Assembly: GCA_963756875.1 (NCBI GenBank)
Contig: CAVWPA010000002.1
Coordinates: forward strand, 96,001-160,000
Source: an uncultured Verrucomicrobiae bacterium
GTDB lineage: Bacteria; Verrucomicrobiota; Verrucomicrobiia; Chthoniobacterales; UBA10450
Reading direction: 5' to 3'
Length of the DNA stretch: 64,000 bases
Part shown: positions 38,733 through 49,117 of the stretch, piece after piece
Layout of the letters: every line of letters begins with the position of its first letter
How positions within the stretch are numbered: the first letter of the stretch is position 1
Position numbers and translations under genes: made by a program
The notes under the pieces: generated by a model
Told to the model about the DNA's origin: nothing
What the model saw: only the letters and a program-made list of their open reading frames with translations
Database searches by the model: none

Positions 38733-39731
38733 CTAATTCCCGAATTCGAAAATGATTTTGCCGCCGCGCTTTCCTTGCGCGGCGTGCGCGACCGCAGCTT
38801 TCGCCTCGCTCAATGGATACGCTCTTTCGACTTTCGGCTTCAGTAAACCGCGCTTTGCCATTTCGAATAGCGCCTGGAAAGCTTCCATGCGCTGCTGCAT
38901 CGTCGCGTTGTCGTACCATTTGTTGATCCAGATTCCGCGGAAACGCAGGTCTTTGAAAATCAGCAGGCCATTTGGAATTTTTAGCGGCTGCAGACTCATT
39001 GCACCAAACGTGACCATCGTCGCTTCCGGTGCGAGACAGTTCGCCAGTCGCAGCGCGCTCTCGCCGCCCACGGCATTCAATCCCAGCCGGATCGGCGCGC
39101 CACCGATCGCATTCCTCACTTCTTCGCGAATATTTTCGCCGTCAACAAGAACGACGTCGCCGCCTTGTGCGCGCAATTCGTCGATCAACTCGGTCCGTCT
39201 GACCAGGTTCACCGTTTTGAAACCGAGATCGTGCGCAATCTCGATCACTGCCCGGCCGGCCGCGGAATTCGCCGCGTTTTGGATCAACCAATCGCCCCGC
39301 CTTAGATCGGCATAATCGTGCAGCAGCCGCCACGCAGTCATCGGATTGATTTTTAACATGGCGGCCTCCAGCGGTCCGATCTCAGGCGGGACAGGAATTA
39401 GCGCAGCCGCTTTGACCGTGAGCGCGTCTCGCCAGGTGCCGATGTTGTGCGGAAGGATCACAAGAGTGCCGGCGGCCAGGCTTTTAACGTCGCTGCCGGC
39501 ATCGGCAATCATTCCTGCCCCTTCAAATCCGGGGGTCGCCGGAAGCTGCGGCCGAACCGGGTATTTTCCTTCGATCGCGTTCAAGTCCGCCGGATTGATC
39601 GGAGCCGCGCGCATTTGCACGACGACTTCGTCTGCTGCCGGCTCGGGCCACGGTCGGTTTTCGACGCGCAAAACGTCCGCTGGATTTCCGTGCCTTTCGT
39701 AAACGACCGCGCTTATAGTTTGTTTCTTCAT
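38733..39731 (-). CDS. 2-enoyl thioester reductase (MDR family, Etr1/MECR-like)
   Basis: AAPINPADLNAIEGKY, GTWR, INPMTAWR and IQNAANSAAG; start ATG 39731. Confidence 0.88.
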   Translation of the reverse strand: MKKQTISAVVYERHGNPADVLRVENRPWPEPAADEVVVQMRAAPINPADLNAIEGKYPVRPQLPATPGFEGAGMIADAGSDVKSLAAGTLVILPHNIGTWRDALTVKAAALIPVPPEIGPLEAAMLKINPMTAWRLLHDYADLRRGDWLIQNAANSAAGRAVIEIAHDLGFKTVNLVRRTELIDELRAQGGDVVLVDGENIREEVRNAIGGAPIRLGLNAVGGESALRLANCLAPEATMVTFGAMSLQPLKIPNGLLIFKDLRFRGIWINKWYDNATMQQRMEAFQALFEMAKRGLLKPKVERAYPLSEAKAAVAHAAQGKRGGKIIFEFGN

Positions 39732-39734
39732 CCG

Positions 39735-40637
39735 ATGGCTTCGGCGACTCATCCTACATCGAACGTCCCGGCCGGCAATCTGCAAGCCGGCGCGCGCGTG
39801 GTAATGCTCGGTCTCGTCATCAATGCTCTGCTGGCATTCGCAAAGATTTCGGCCGGCTTTTTTGGCAATGCCTACGTTCTGATCGCCGACGGCATTGAAT
39901 CGGCGCTCGATATCGGCGGCTCGATTGTGATTTGGGGCGGGCTAAAATTCGCGGCGCGTCCTCCCGATGCAACCCATCCTTACGGACATGGAAAAGCGGA
40001 GCCTGTGGCGGCGGCTGCTGTTGCCGTAGGTGTGCTGGCCGCCGGGCTTGGACTCGCAGTCCAAAGTGTTCGCGGACTCTTTTGGCCGCACCATGCGCCA
40101 GCGCCGTTCACGCTTATTGTTTTGATCGTTGCCGTCATCGCGAAGGAAACTTTGTATCGCTACGTCAATCGGTTCGGCCGCGACGTCGAGAGCATAGCCG
40201 TAAAAACCGACGCGTGGCACCATCGCATTGATGCCATGACGTCCATTGCGGCTTTCGTTGGGATCTCGGTTTCGCTGATTGGCGGCGAAGCGTGGCGTAG
40301 TGCTGATGAATGGGCCACCCTCTTCGCATGCGCGCTCATTGGCGCAAATGGATATCGCCTGCTGCGTCCGGCGCTTTACGAAATTCTGGATACCGCGCCG
40401 CGTGGACAAATTGTAGATGCTGTTCGCGATGCCGCGCGTTCTGTGCCGGGCGTGGTCGAAATTGAAAAGCCGTTGATTCGCAAGATGGGTTTAAGTTTCT
40501 ATGTCGATCTGCACGTCAGCGTGAATGGAGACATCTCCGTGCGCGACGGACATGAAATTGCGCACGAGGTAAAACGCGCGATCCAGGCGAGCGACCCGCG
40601 TATCGCCAACGTGCTGATTCACATCGAGCCGGCATAA
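39735..40637 (+). CDS. Cation diffusion facilitator (FieF-like)
   Basis: LIADGIES, HPYGHGKAE, DAWHHRID and IHIEP; start ATG 39735 assumed. Confidence 0.92.
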   Translation: MASATHPTSNVPAGNLQAGARVVMLGLVINALLAFAKISAGFFGNAYVLIADGIESALDIGGSIVIWGGLKFAARPPDATHPYGHGKAEPVAAAAVAVGVLAAGLGLAVQSVRGLFWPHHAPAPFTLIVLIVAVIAKETLYRYVNRFGRDVESIAVKTDAWHHRIDAMTSIAAFVGISVSLIGGEAWRSADEWATLFACALIGANGYRLLRPALYEILDTAPRGQIVDAVRDAARSVPGVVEIEKPLIRKMGLSFYVDLHVSVNGDISVRDGHEIAHEVKRAIQASDPRIANVLIHIEPA

Positions 40638-40740
40638 GATTAAAATCCCAAATCCCAGGCATCAACATCCGAAGAAACTGGTGCTTGGGGTTTGGTGCTT
40701 TGTGTTCTGCCTGGCTACAGCGCTGGTGCGCTCGGTCTTC

Positions 40741-40815
40741 CTGTAGCCACCGGCCTATGGCCGGTCGGACAACCAAAAACCAAGAGCTCGACGGCTCACA
40801 GAGCCGTGGCTACAG
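40741..40815. repeat. REP doublet (REPIN) left of RAYT
   Basis: CTGTAGCCACCGGCCTATGGCCGGTC...GACGGCTCACAGAGCCGTGGCTACAG. Confidence 0.9.
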
Positions 40816-40836
40816 ATTGAATGAGAATATTTTCTT

Positions 40837-41307
40837 GTGACACAGCGCTTTCAGCGGCGGCCTTTACGTCTCCATCGAGTTTTTGACGCGAGCCCACTTT
40901 ACTTCGTTACCTTTTGCACGCATCGCCGAAAGCCATGTCTGGCCCGCGCTGACGTTCACACGGTTTTCATTCGCTTTGGCGAGCGTGCGGAGAGCGAATT
41001 TAATATCGCGATTGGCCGATACGTGATAATGCCCGACCACATTCATCTCTTCGTCCGCGGAGGCCCGACTTTTGTCCTGGGTCTTTGGGTGGGCACGCTC
41101 AAGCAATCGCTGGCCAAAGTGCCCAACTTCTCAAAGGTGGGCGAACAAGTTTGGAAAGAGGGATTCTTCGATCACGTCTTGCGGAACGATGAGAGTTATG
41201 CACAGAAATGGAATTACGTTCGGGAGAATCCCGTGCGGGCTGGATTTGTAGAAACGGCCGAAGACTGGCCCTTTCAGGGAGAAATCGTTTACATCGATCG
41301 CGCGTGA
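40837..41307 (+). mobile_element. REP-associated tyrosine transposase (RAYT, HUH/Y1 family)
   Basis: YFVTFCT..R, MPDHIH (HUH), WKEGFFDHVLR, YVRENPVRAG; flanked by matching REP doublets. Confidence 0.92.
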
Positions 41308-41320
41308 CGATGCTTTGCAA

Positions 41321-41407
41321 GCTGTAGCCACCGGGCCTATGGCCGGTCAGATCCGAGGCTTGAAAACACAACCGCCAGGGGACGGCTCACAAAGCCGTGG
41401 CTACAGC
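41321..41407. repeat. REP doublet (REPIN) right of RAYT
   Basis: GCTGTAGCCACCGGGCCTATGGCCGGTC...GACGGCTCACAAAGCCGTGGCTACAGC; direct repeat of the left one with a different spacer. Confidence 0.9.
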
Positions 41408-42088
41408 CACAATTGCCTCGGTCAACGTTTTACGTGCCCGCGAAATCTGGCGCGCAAAACGCATCAGACCAAAAATCGCAGTCGGTCGCCTAACGAGATA
41501 ACTTAGCAAGCGAACGTAGTTCGTTCGCTGTTGCGCGATGTTGAACAGAATGCCTGGCGGCGCTGGAAATGTCGCGGCTGGTGTGTCGCTGATTACCCGT
41601 AACGACAGCATTGGAATGGAACGAGCGGCGCAGGCGTCCGCTATGGCCGCTGTCTCCATGTCCACAGCCGCAGCGCCCGCTCTCCGAGCAATCTCGTTCC
41701 TTTCAGCGACAGAATCGACAATCGATGCCGATGTCAAAAGTGTTCCGGGGCGCGGGTCTCGGTTCGTCAGGCTTTGCAAAGCGCTCGCGAGCAGTTGCTG
41801 ATCGGAAAAATTCTCGCCCAGCAACAGGTCTCCCACCTGTAGATTGTCACTGACCGCTCCCGCGAAACCGGAGCTGATCAAAAAGGCCGGAGTTTCACTG
41901 CTAAGAAAATTTTGCATTCGTGAGGCCGAAATCTTCGGCCCAACGCCGGTATGAAAGATTTTCACGTCCCGGTCGTCGAGTTTGCCAGCGATGATTTCGG
42001 AATCGCCGCACGCGATCCTTTTTCCGCCGCGTAATCTTGCGACGAGACCTGCGCTCTCCGCCGGCAGGGCGAACGTGATTGCAATCAT
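41387..42088 (-). CDS. Nucleoside phosphorylase/MTA-SAH nucleosidase family (HpnG-like)
   Basis: TGVG, SSGFAGA...GD, AVDMETAA and LRVISD. Confidence 0.85.
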   Translation of the reverse strand: MIAITFALPAESAGLVARLRGGKRIACGDSEIIAGKLDDRDVKIFHTGVGPKISASRMQNFLSSETPAFLISSGFAGAVSDNLQVGDLLLGENFSDQQLLASALQSLTNRDPRPGTLLTSASIVDSVAERNEIARRAGAAAVDMETAAIADACAARSIPMLSLRVISDTPAATFPAPPGILFNIAQQRTNYVRLLSYLVRRPTAIFGLMRFARQISRARKTLTEAIVAVATAL

Positions 42089-42110
42089 CCAGCCGAAGAT
42101 GGCCTCGACA

Positions 42111-42767
42111 TCATGGCTTCGATTCCACGACTCGAATTTGAATGATTCTCTTCTCGCCGGGCGATGAGGGCTCCGGTTGCGACGGTTGCGCGCCCAACTT
42201 CGTCAGCTTCTGACGGAATTCGTTCTCTCGCGCTGCCGGAATTTCGGCAAATACCAGGGTCCCATTTTCATTACTTAGATTTTTCGCGGCTGATCCGCCG
42301 CATTGTGCCGCATCCGCGATGATTTGGTTAACGACTACGTCTCGCTGACCAGTCGGCGCCGGGACCTTGATTTCACCGACGTCGAGCTTGGGTGTCGGCA
42401 TGACGGCGGCGGCAGTGTTTTCCAGCGCCTGGACCACTTGTTGGCGATTGTTTTCGCTTGGTCGAACGTTGTGCCGCTTTTTCTCCAGAAAGGCGATCGC
42501 GTAAAGCCCGAAGAGCACATTGAAAAAAACAAGGGCGCCAAAGATGATTGCAATCCGGCGGCCAAGGACTGCGCCGCGCGTAGAAGCAGCCGGAGCGTCC
42601 AGCGTTGCCAAAACCTCTCGAGAGTCGCGCGTTTCGCTGTGAATCCGGCGCGCGATGTTCAGTTCACGCCGCAACTGCGGGTCGGAAATGAGCAACTCCT
42701 CCAGTTCCGCTCGCTCGTTCGCGGGTAACTTGCCCTCCAGGTAATCGAAAAGCTTGTCCGGACTCAT
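42111..42767 (-). CDS. Hypothetical membrane protein with anti-sigma-like N-terminus
   Basis: LFDYLEGKL...ERAELEELL then one TM segment. Confidence 0.6.
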   Translation of the reverse strand: MSPDKLFDYLEGKLPANERAELEELLISDPQLRRELNIARRIHSETRDSREVLATLDAPAASTRGAVLGRRIAIIFGALVFFNVLFGLYAIAFLEKKRHNVRPSENNRQQVVQALENTAAAVMPTPKLDVGEIKVPAPTGQRDVVVNQIIADAAQCGGSAAKNLSNENGTLVFAEIPAARENEFRQKLTKLGAQPSQPEPSSPGEKRIIQIRVVESKP

Positions 42768-42932
42768 TGCGCGTTTCGACAAGAGTGACGCCGGACACGT
42801 TCATGCGCAACGGGGAACTGAACCACCATTTTGTCGATGCCGAACGTCGCCCAGTCCCTATTTATGAGATGGGATCCTAATTCGACAGGGTTGGTTGCTC
42901 TTTGGGACTGAGGCAAATAGAGTAATTGCTTC

Positions 42933-45900
42933 GTGGGTGATGAAGATCAGGCAACCTCCAAAGGGCGCGGAGGATGGCGGCGTCGCGCAATCGTGGCGGC
43001 GCTATTGTTCTGTGCGCTGCTCGTAATTTTTCATCGCCCGATCCTTCTCGGTATTGGCCGGGTCGTCATCCGCCATTATGCGGCCAAACAAAATCTCCGG
43101 GCCGAATTTCGGTTGGAGGGGAGCGTTTTCACTTATCTGACATTGCGAAATCTGCATGTCGCCCCGACCGGCCCGAGCGACATCGAATCAATCGATGCCG
43201 GCCGAGTGCGTGCCGATTACAATCTGCTGGGCCTGTTGCGGCATGGCATGTCCGATTTTTTACAAAACGTCGAGCTGCATTCAGCTCGGGTCGTTCTTAA
43301 CCCAGCCAATGCGCCCAAGCATCCGCCCAAAAAAGCGGCCGGCAAAAGAACGAAGCTCCCCGGAATTTTCCCGGAAAAATTGCAGCTCTCCGATGTGACC
43401 TTCATCGTGCGCGATTCGCCGCACGATTTTAAGATTGAGCACCTGGATCTTGATTTGAATCCGCGCGCGCCGGGCGAATTGCGCATCGGACAGTTGCAAT
43501 TTCCAACCGGGCAGAGTTGGTCGAAAATCTCGGCGCAAACATCCTACGCCCGTCGCAATCTGGTCCTGCGCGATTTGGCGCTGACTGATTCGGACCGGAT
43601 TCGCCTGCTTAATATCGATGCATCGCGCATCGATGAGAATCAATTATTGATGACGCTGGATGCGGCGATCGGTGGCGGGACCGTTTCGGCCTCAGTGGCG
43701 TTGCAGGAAAATGGTTCGTCGTTAAGCTCGAAAATTCATTTGATCGGCCAGCAGGTAGGAATCGACGATTTTAACAAGTATGCGGGGTTGCCCGACGGAT
43801 TTCTGGGCGGCAACATCGAGAAACTGACAATCGATGGCACGGGTGTGTTGAACGCGCCACGCACATGGAACGCCACGATCGCGGCGAGTATAAACGATTT
43901 TCATTCGGGCGAGGTCGCGTTCGACCGCTGCGTGATGCTGGTTTCTGCAAACGACGGAAAAGCGACGCTGCAGTCCGCGGAGATCGTTCAGGGTGGAAAC
44001 GACATCCATCTGCACGGATCGGGTGAGTTGCCGGCCAAACTGGACCAATGGTCACGCAGTCAGGCAACCCTGGCCATTTCCGCGAAGGCGCCGAACCTGG
44101 AGCAGGTGGCGATGTTTTCGAAAGACAAAATCTCAGGTTCGGGGGAAGCGAGCGGCAAGGTCGAACTCGTGAATGGCAAATTGACAGCGGCCTTCAATCT
44201 CGACGCCGGTCCGCTGGGATTTGCCGACGGGTCGATCGAAAAGCTAAACGCCAGTGTAAGGGCAGTTAAAAGAATGCCATTTAACGAAGCCGGAACAGCG
44301 GGAGCTGCGGCAGCAAAAGAAGCCGTGGTTCGCAAATCTAATGTCTAACATAAACTTGGATGTATCTAATGTACAATTTCGCGATTATGCGATCGATTCG
44401 ATTAGCGGACCCTGGCCGGCGTGGATGACACCCTGAAGATTGAAAAAGCTCGATGTTCAGCGGAAGGAGAATCATCTGGCACTTCATGGCCGATATCGGT
44501 TGCCGGAAAAGTTCAAACGGCAAACGCCAACCGGCGAGCTCTACTTTTCGTTGAACGCACCCGATGTCGCGGATTTGTGGGTTTCCGATTCGCCGGATAA
44601 ATGGAGCGGACCGTTGCAAGGGAACGGACAAATCGAATGGAAAAACGGGATTGCCAATGGCGAGTGGTCCGTCTCCGCGTCGAACCTTCAGACGCGTGAT
44701 CTGGTGGTGGAGCAGCTTAGCTCACAAGGCGTAATTACAAATGACGTTGCTTATGTAAACGATTTCAGTGCGAGGCTTAACGCGCAGGACTTTGTCAGTG
44801 CAAATGGAACAGTCGACTTCCATTCTCCGTATCGCTACTCCGGAAAACTCTCGGCGCACCTTTCGGACCTGTCCAAACTGCAGCCGTTACTTCGCGCTTT
44901 GGGAAATCAAAACGAGCTGGCAGGCTCGCTGATGGTCGATTGGCAGGGGCGGGGCGTAGGCGCGAAATTCAAAAATAGCGGAGATCTCAAGCTGACGCTC
45001 AAGAACGGGCGTTACGGTGGTTTGAAGTCGCTGCAGGCAAACGTGAATGCGACGTATTCGCCGGACGAGCTGGATATTCCGACGGTTTTTGTGAGCAGCG
45101 ACCGGATGGATTTTCAAGCCATCGTTCAGGCGAAAGATCAAAAGCTCGAAATCACGAAGATTCAGCTCGATCAGGGCCAGGCAAAATATGCGTCGGGATA
45201 TCTCTCGATTCCGCTTATCTGGAAAAATATCGGCACGAACGCGCCTCTTTTCGCATCGAACGGACAGGTCATTGCGAATTTCCAGTCGGAGGATCTGGAC
45301 ATCAAAAAACTTTTTGAAGACATGGGCGCGAACCCGATCGCTGCCGGCACGTTGAACGTGAAATTTGACGCGCGAGGTGCGTTTGAAGATATGAATGCGA
45401 GTCTGGACATCGAAATGCGCGACTTGCGCAATGAGAAGTTGCCAAAACTCGAGCCGGCGACCTTTACCCTGAGCGCGCAATTGCAGCACAATCAGCTCGC
45501 AATCCTGGGCAAATTCGAGCAGGCCAAGATCCAGCCGATCGAGTTGACCGCAAAGTTGCCGTTCGATCCTCAGAAAATCGCGCGGCAAAGAGGATTGCCG
45601 GATGACACCCCGGTCACTGCAAAGGTAGAACTGCCGCGAAGCTCGGTTAATTTCATCGGCCAGTTTGTTCCGGCAGTTCGGCAGGTGGACGGCAGCGTTG
45701 CATTTTATGCCCAGATAGGCGGAACCGTCGCGCGGCCGGTTTTAACCGGCGCCGCCGATATGAACATCAATTACGCCCGGGCCAATGACACCACGCTTCC
45801 GGCTCTGCAAAATTTTAAGGCAAACCTCAAATTCGAGAACAACGCACTGATCCTGAAACAATTCGGCGGGGAACTTTCCGCCGGCCACTTTACGGTAAGC

Positions 45901-46833
45901 GGTCGCATTACTTTTCCGAAGCTGACGACCGCCAATCTGGATTTGCACCTGAATGCAAACAGCGCGCTTATTGCTCGCAACGACACGTTGACCATGCGCA
46001 CGGATGCCGATGTCAAGGTGGAGGGCCCAATCAACAAAGCCAGCGTGACCGGCACTGTTGAACTAACGAACAGTCGATTTCTAAAAAATATCGATCTCAT
46101 TCCCATTGGTTTGCCGGGCCGGCCTGCGCCCCAGCCGCCGGCTTCCTATCCGAATCTTTCTTTTCCGCCTCCGTTTAGGGGTTGGAAATTCGACGTTGCG
46201 ATCAAAACCAAGGACCCGGTCTTGATTCGTGGCAATCTGGCTGCCGGCAAGGCGGTGGTCGACCTGCACCTCACCGGGCAAGGATCCAGGCCCGCATTAG
46301 ACGGCCTGGTTCGCCTGGAGAATGCGGAAGCGACGCTTCCATTCAGCCGGCTTGAAGTTTCCCAGGGTTTTCTTTATTTCGATCCGGACGACCCGTTGAA
46401 TCCAAGAATCGATCTGCACGGAACATCTTTGATCCAGAATTACACTATCCGCGTGTACGTCTACGGTACCATGCTTTCGCAGGAAGCCGTATTCACCAGC
46501 GAACCCCCTTTGCCGCAGGAGGATATCATTTCGTTGCTGGCAACCGGCACTACCAGGCAGGAGCTGACCGGCAGCAACAGCGCGCTGGCCGGGCGCGCAG
46601 CCCTGCTGCTGATCCAGCAACTCTATCATAAAGTTTTCAAGAAAGGCCAGCCGGCGCAAAGCAGTTCGGTCTTCGATCGCTTGTCGGTGGATTTTGGCCA
46701 GGTGGACCCGCGGACCGGCCAGCAAAAAGCGACGGCGCGATTCAAAGTCAACGATCAATTTGTTTTAGTTGGCGATGTGGGCGTCGGCGGCGATTATCGC
46801 GGCATGGTGAAATACCTGATCCGTTTCTACTAA
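42933..46833 (+). CDS. TamB-family translocation/assembly protein, interrupted by apparent indels at about 44315-44450
   Basis: N-terminal anchor, beta-rich body, C-terminal FTSEPPLPQEDIISLL; ORFs 42933-44348 and 44440-46833 join through three 1-bp shifts. Confidence 0.8.
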
Positions 46834-49004
46834 TGCGGCGCGCCTGGTCGACTCTTCTTTGCATGGCTGTTCTTGCGGGCGAAGCCGCCGCGCAAAGCGC
46901 AGTCGACGTGTCGCGACCTGAAGAGAAGGCGAAACAACAAAACGCGATTGAGAAGAAACAGGAAAAACAGGCGCAACATGCGGGCGCGGTCGAGTTCGCC
47001 GGCGAGCAGGCTTTCGGCGAAAAGGAATTGCGCTCCGTGGTGAAGGAACAGCTGGCGAACATCGACAAATACGGGCTGAGCCCGGCCCGCGCGGACGATC
47101 TCGCCTTTTTTATCGAGCTCTTTTACCGCAAACACGGCTACGCGAAAGTGAACGTGAAGTACACCATCGAGAACGGGAATCGATTGCGCCTCGATATCAA
47201 CGAAGGAGCGTTGATGACGCTGGGTACGGTGGTTTTTGAAGGGAACGAGTCCGAGCCGGCGGATAAATTGTTTGAATACGCGGCGGGACCGACGCGCCAG
47301 CGGTACTCGAGGTTGCAACGCACTCTGCCCTTCGTTGCTAACGACATTAAGGAAGGGATCGATCTGTTGTACCGCTATTATGTGGCCGAGGGCTTTCTCG
47401 ACGCCAAGGTGGATCCGCCACAATACACGTATCACAACGCCGAGAATCGAGTGGATGTGACCATCCCGATCCACGAAGGGCGCCAGTATTTCTTTGGCCA
47501 GGTTGCTTTCACCGGCCAGAGAATTTATCCGGCGGAAACATTGCGCGGCCAGATCAAGGACCTTCTCAAACAGCCGTACACGGAGGCGCGCCTGGACGAT
47601 ATCCCCCGGCGCTTGGAAGCGTACTTTAAGGCGCGCGGTTACTACGACATCAAAGTGTCGGCCACCGGTAATCCTGAGGCGGCGGGAAACGGCCACGTGC
47701 CGGTCGAAGTGATGGTCGTGCCCGGTCCGGTATATCATTTCGGTGAAGTCAGTGTAACCGGACTCACCCGGCTGCACTCGAGCTTCGTCCGCAATCGCTT
47801 CACCAGGCTCGCCGGAAAAACGTACAGCCCCGACGTGCTCGATGAAAAATTCCGCGCCCTCATGAAAACCGGGCTTTTCAACGTCCTGCAGATCAAGCCG
47901 GTGCCTGCCGGTGAAAGTTTGCTGCATCTGGATATCTCGGCGGAGGAGGCAAAAAGCAAGGAGTTTGGTATTTCTCTCGGCTACGGCACGTACGAGGGCT
48001 TGATTGGAGGCTTGCAATTTCAGGAGCGCGATCTGTTTGGGACGGGTCGCCCGATCACCTTTTCGGTGGAGGTGTCGCAGCGCGGCTACAAAGGCGAGAT
48101 TTTGTACGAAGATCCGTTTTTTCTTGATACCGACATCGATTTCACAAACCGGCTCTCCGCGCTCACCTTCGACTACGATGGTTACTCAAAGTTCGAGATC
48201 GGCGACCGCATACAGCTTCTCCGCAAGCTTACAAAGCAATACGAAGTGGGGTTGGTATTTGCCGCCCGGCATGTAAAGATCATCAGCGCCTCGATCCGGA
48301 ACGATCTGCTCGGCGACACCAATTATTTCATAGACTCGATTGGGTTCACACAGACGCTCGATTTGCGCACGAATCCACTTGTTTCGCCGCGCGGTTTCGT
48401 CGCCAAGAACACGTTCGATGCGGCTACGAGCGCGCTCGGGAGCGAAGTGCAGCTGGTGCGCAGCACAATCGGCCTCGCTTATTTTCTCCCGTTTGGCCCG
48501 AAGACTTTCGAGCCTGGCACCACCGTCGACGCGACGGTCTCGCCGTTGCGGCGCTGGTTTCGACTCTCCAGTCTCGCATTCGGCGCGCGTGCGGGCGTGG
48601 TTCACTCCCTTGATAACTCCGGCTCCGACGAGCCGACCACCATACCGATTGACGAGCGTTTCTTTAATGGCGGCTCCAACTCAGTGCGAAGTTTTGGCGA
48701 GCGCGACCTCGGGCCGCTCGATCCCAAGGGAAATCCGGTCGGCGGCGAATTCTATACCATTTACAATGTGGAATACACGTTTCCGCTCTACGGCGAACTC
48801 GAAGGCGCGACGTTCTTCGACGCTGGAAATCTTCTGCACAGATCCGAGGATCCGAGCCTTGATAAGATGCGTTATGCGCTCGGCCTTGGTTTGCGTTACA
48901 AATTGCCGATCGGTCCCATCCGGCTCGATTACGGGTTTAACCCCGACCCAAGGCCGCACGACGCCATGGGTGCGTTTCATTTCAGCTTCGGCTTCGCGTT
49001 CTGA
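46833..49004 (+). CDS. Omp85-family outer-membrane protein (TamA/BamA-like)
   Basis: POTRA repeats, ERFFNGGSNSVRSF, LPIGPIRLDYG and terminal FSFGFAF. Confidence 0.92.
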   Translation: MRRAWSTLLCMAVLAGEAAAQSAVDVSRPEEKAKQQNAIEKKQEKQAQHAGAVEFAGEQAFGEKELRSVVKEQLANIDKYGLSPARADDLAFFIELFYRKHGYAKVNVKYTIENGNRLRLDINEGALMTLGTVVFEGNESEPADKLFEYAAGPTRQRYSRLQRTLPFVANDIKEGIDLLYRYYVAEGFLDAKVDPPQYTYHNAENRVDVTIPIHEGRQYFFGQVAFTGQRIYPAETLRGQIKDLLKQPYTEARLDDIPRRLEAYFKARGYYDIKVSATGNPEAAGNGHVPVEVMVVPGPVYHFGEVSVTGLTRLHSSFVRNRFTRLAGKTYSPDVLDEKFRALMKTGLFNVLQIKPVPAGESLLHLDISAEEAKSKEFGISLGYGTYEGLIGGLQFQERDLFGTGRPITFSVEVSQRGYKGEILYEDPFFLDTDIDFTNRLSALTFDYDGYSKFEIGDRIQLLRKLTKQYEVGLVFAARHVKIISASIRNDLLGDTNYFIDSIGFTQTLDLRTNPLVSPRGFVAKNTFDAATSALGSEVQLVRSTIGLAYFLPFGPKTFEPGTTVDATVSPLRRWFRLSSLAFGARAGVVHSLDNSGSDEPTTIPIDERFFNGGSNSVRSFGERDLGPLDPKGNPVGGEFYTIYNVEYTFPLYGELEGATFFDAGNLLHRSEDPSLDKMRYALGLGLRYKLPIGPIRLDYGFNPDPRPHDAMGAFHFSFGFAF

Positions 49005-49011
49005 TGAGAGT

Positions 49012-49098
49012 CCGCTAAACACGCTAAAAAACGCCAAAGAGTTTTGTTCCCTCAAAAGATCTTCTTTGATTTTTAGCGTTCTTTAGCGTGTTTGGCGG
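49012..49098. repeat. Inverted nonamer repeats (CGCTAAA-type)
   Basis: CCGCTAAAC ACGCTAAAA AACGCCAAA ... TTTAGCGT TCTTTAGCG TGTTTGGCGG; half copy at 50557-50584. Confidence 0.75.
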
Positions 49099-49117
49099 AT
49101 AAGTCTTTGCCTCGAAA

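Noticed and set aside
40837..41307. IS200/IS605 element with TnpB
   Set aside because: No tnpB; the motifs and flanking GTAG doublets fit RAYT better
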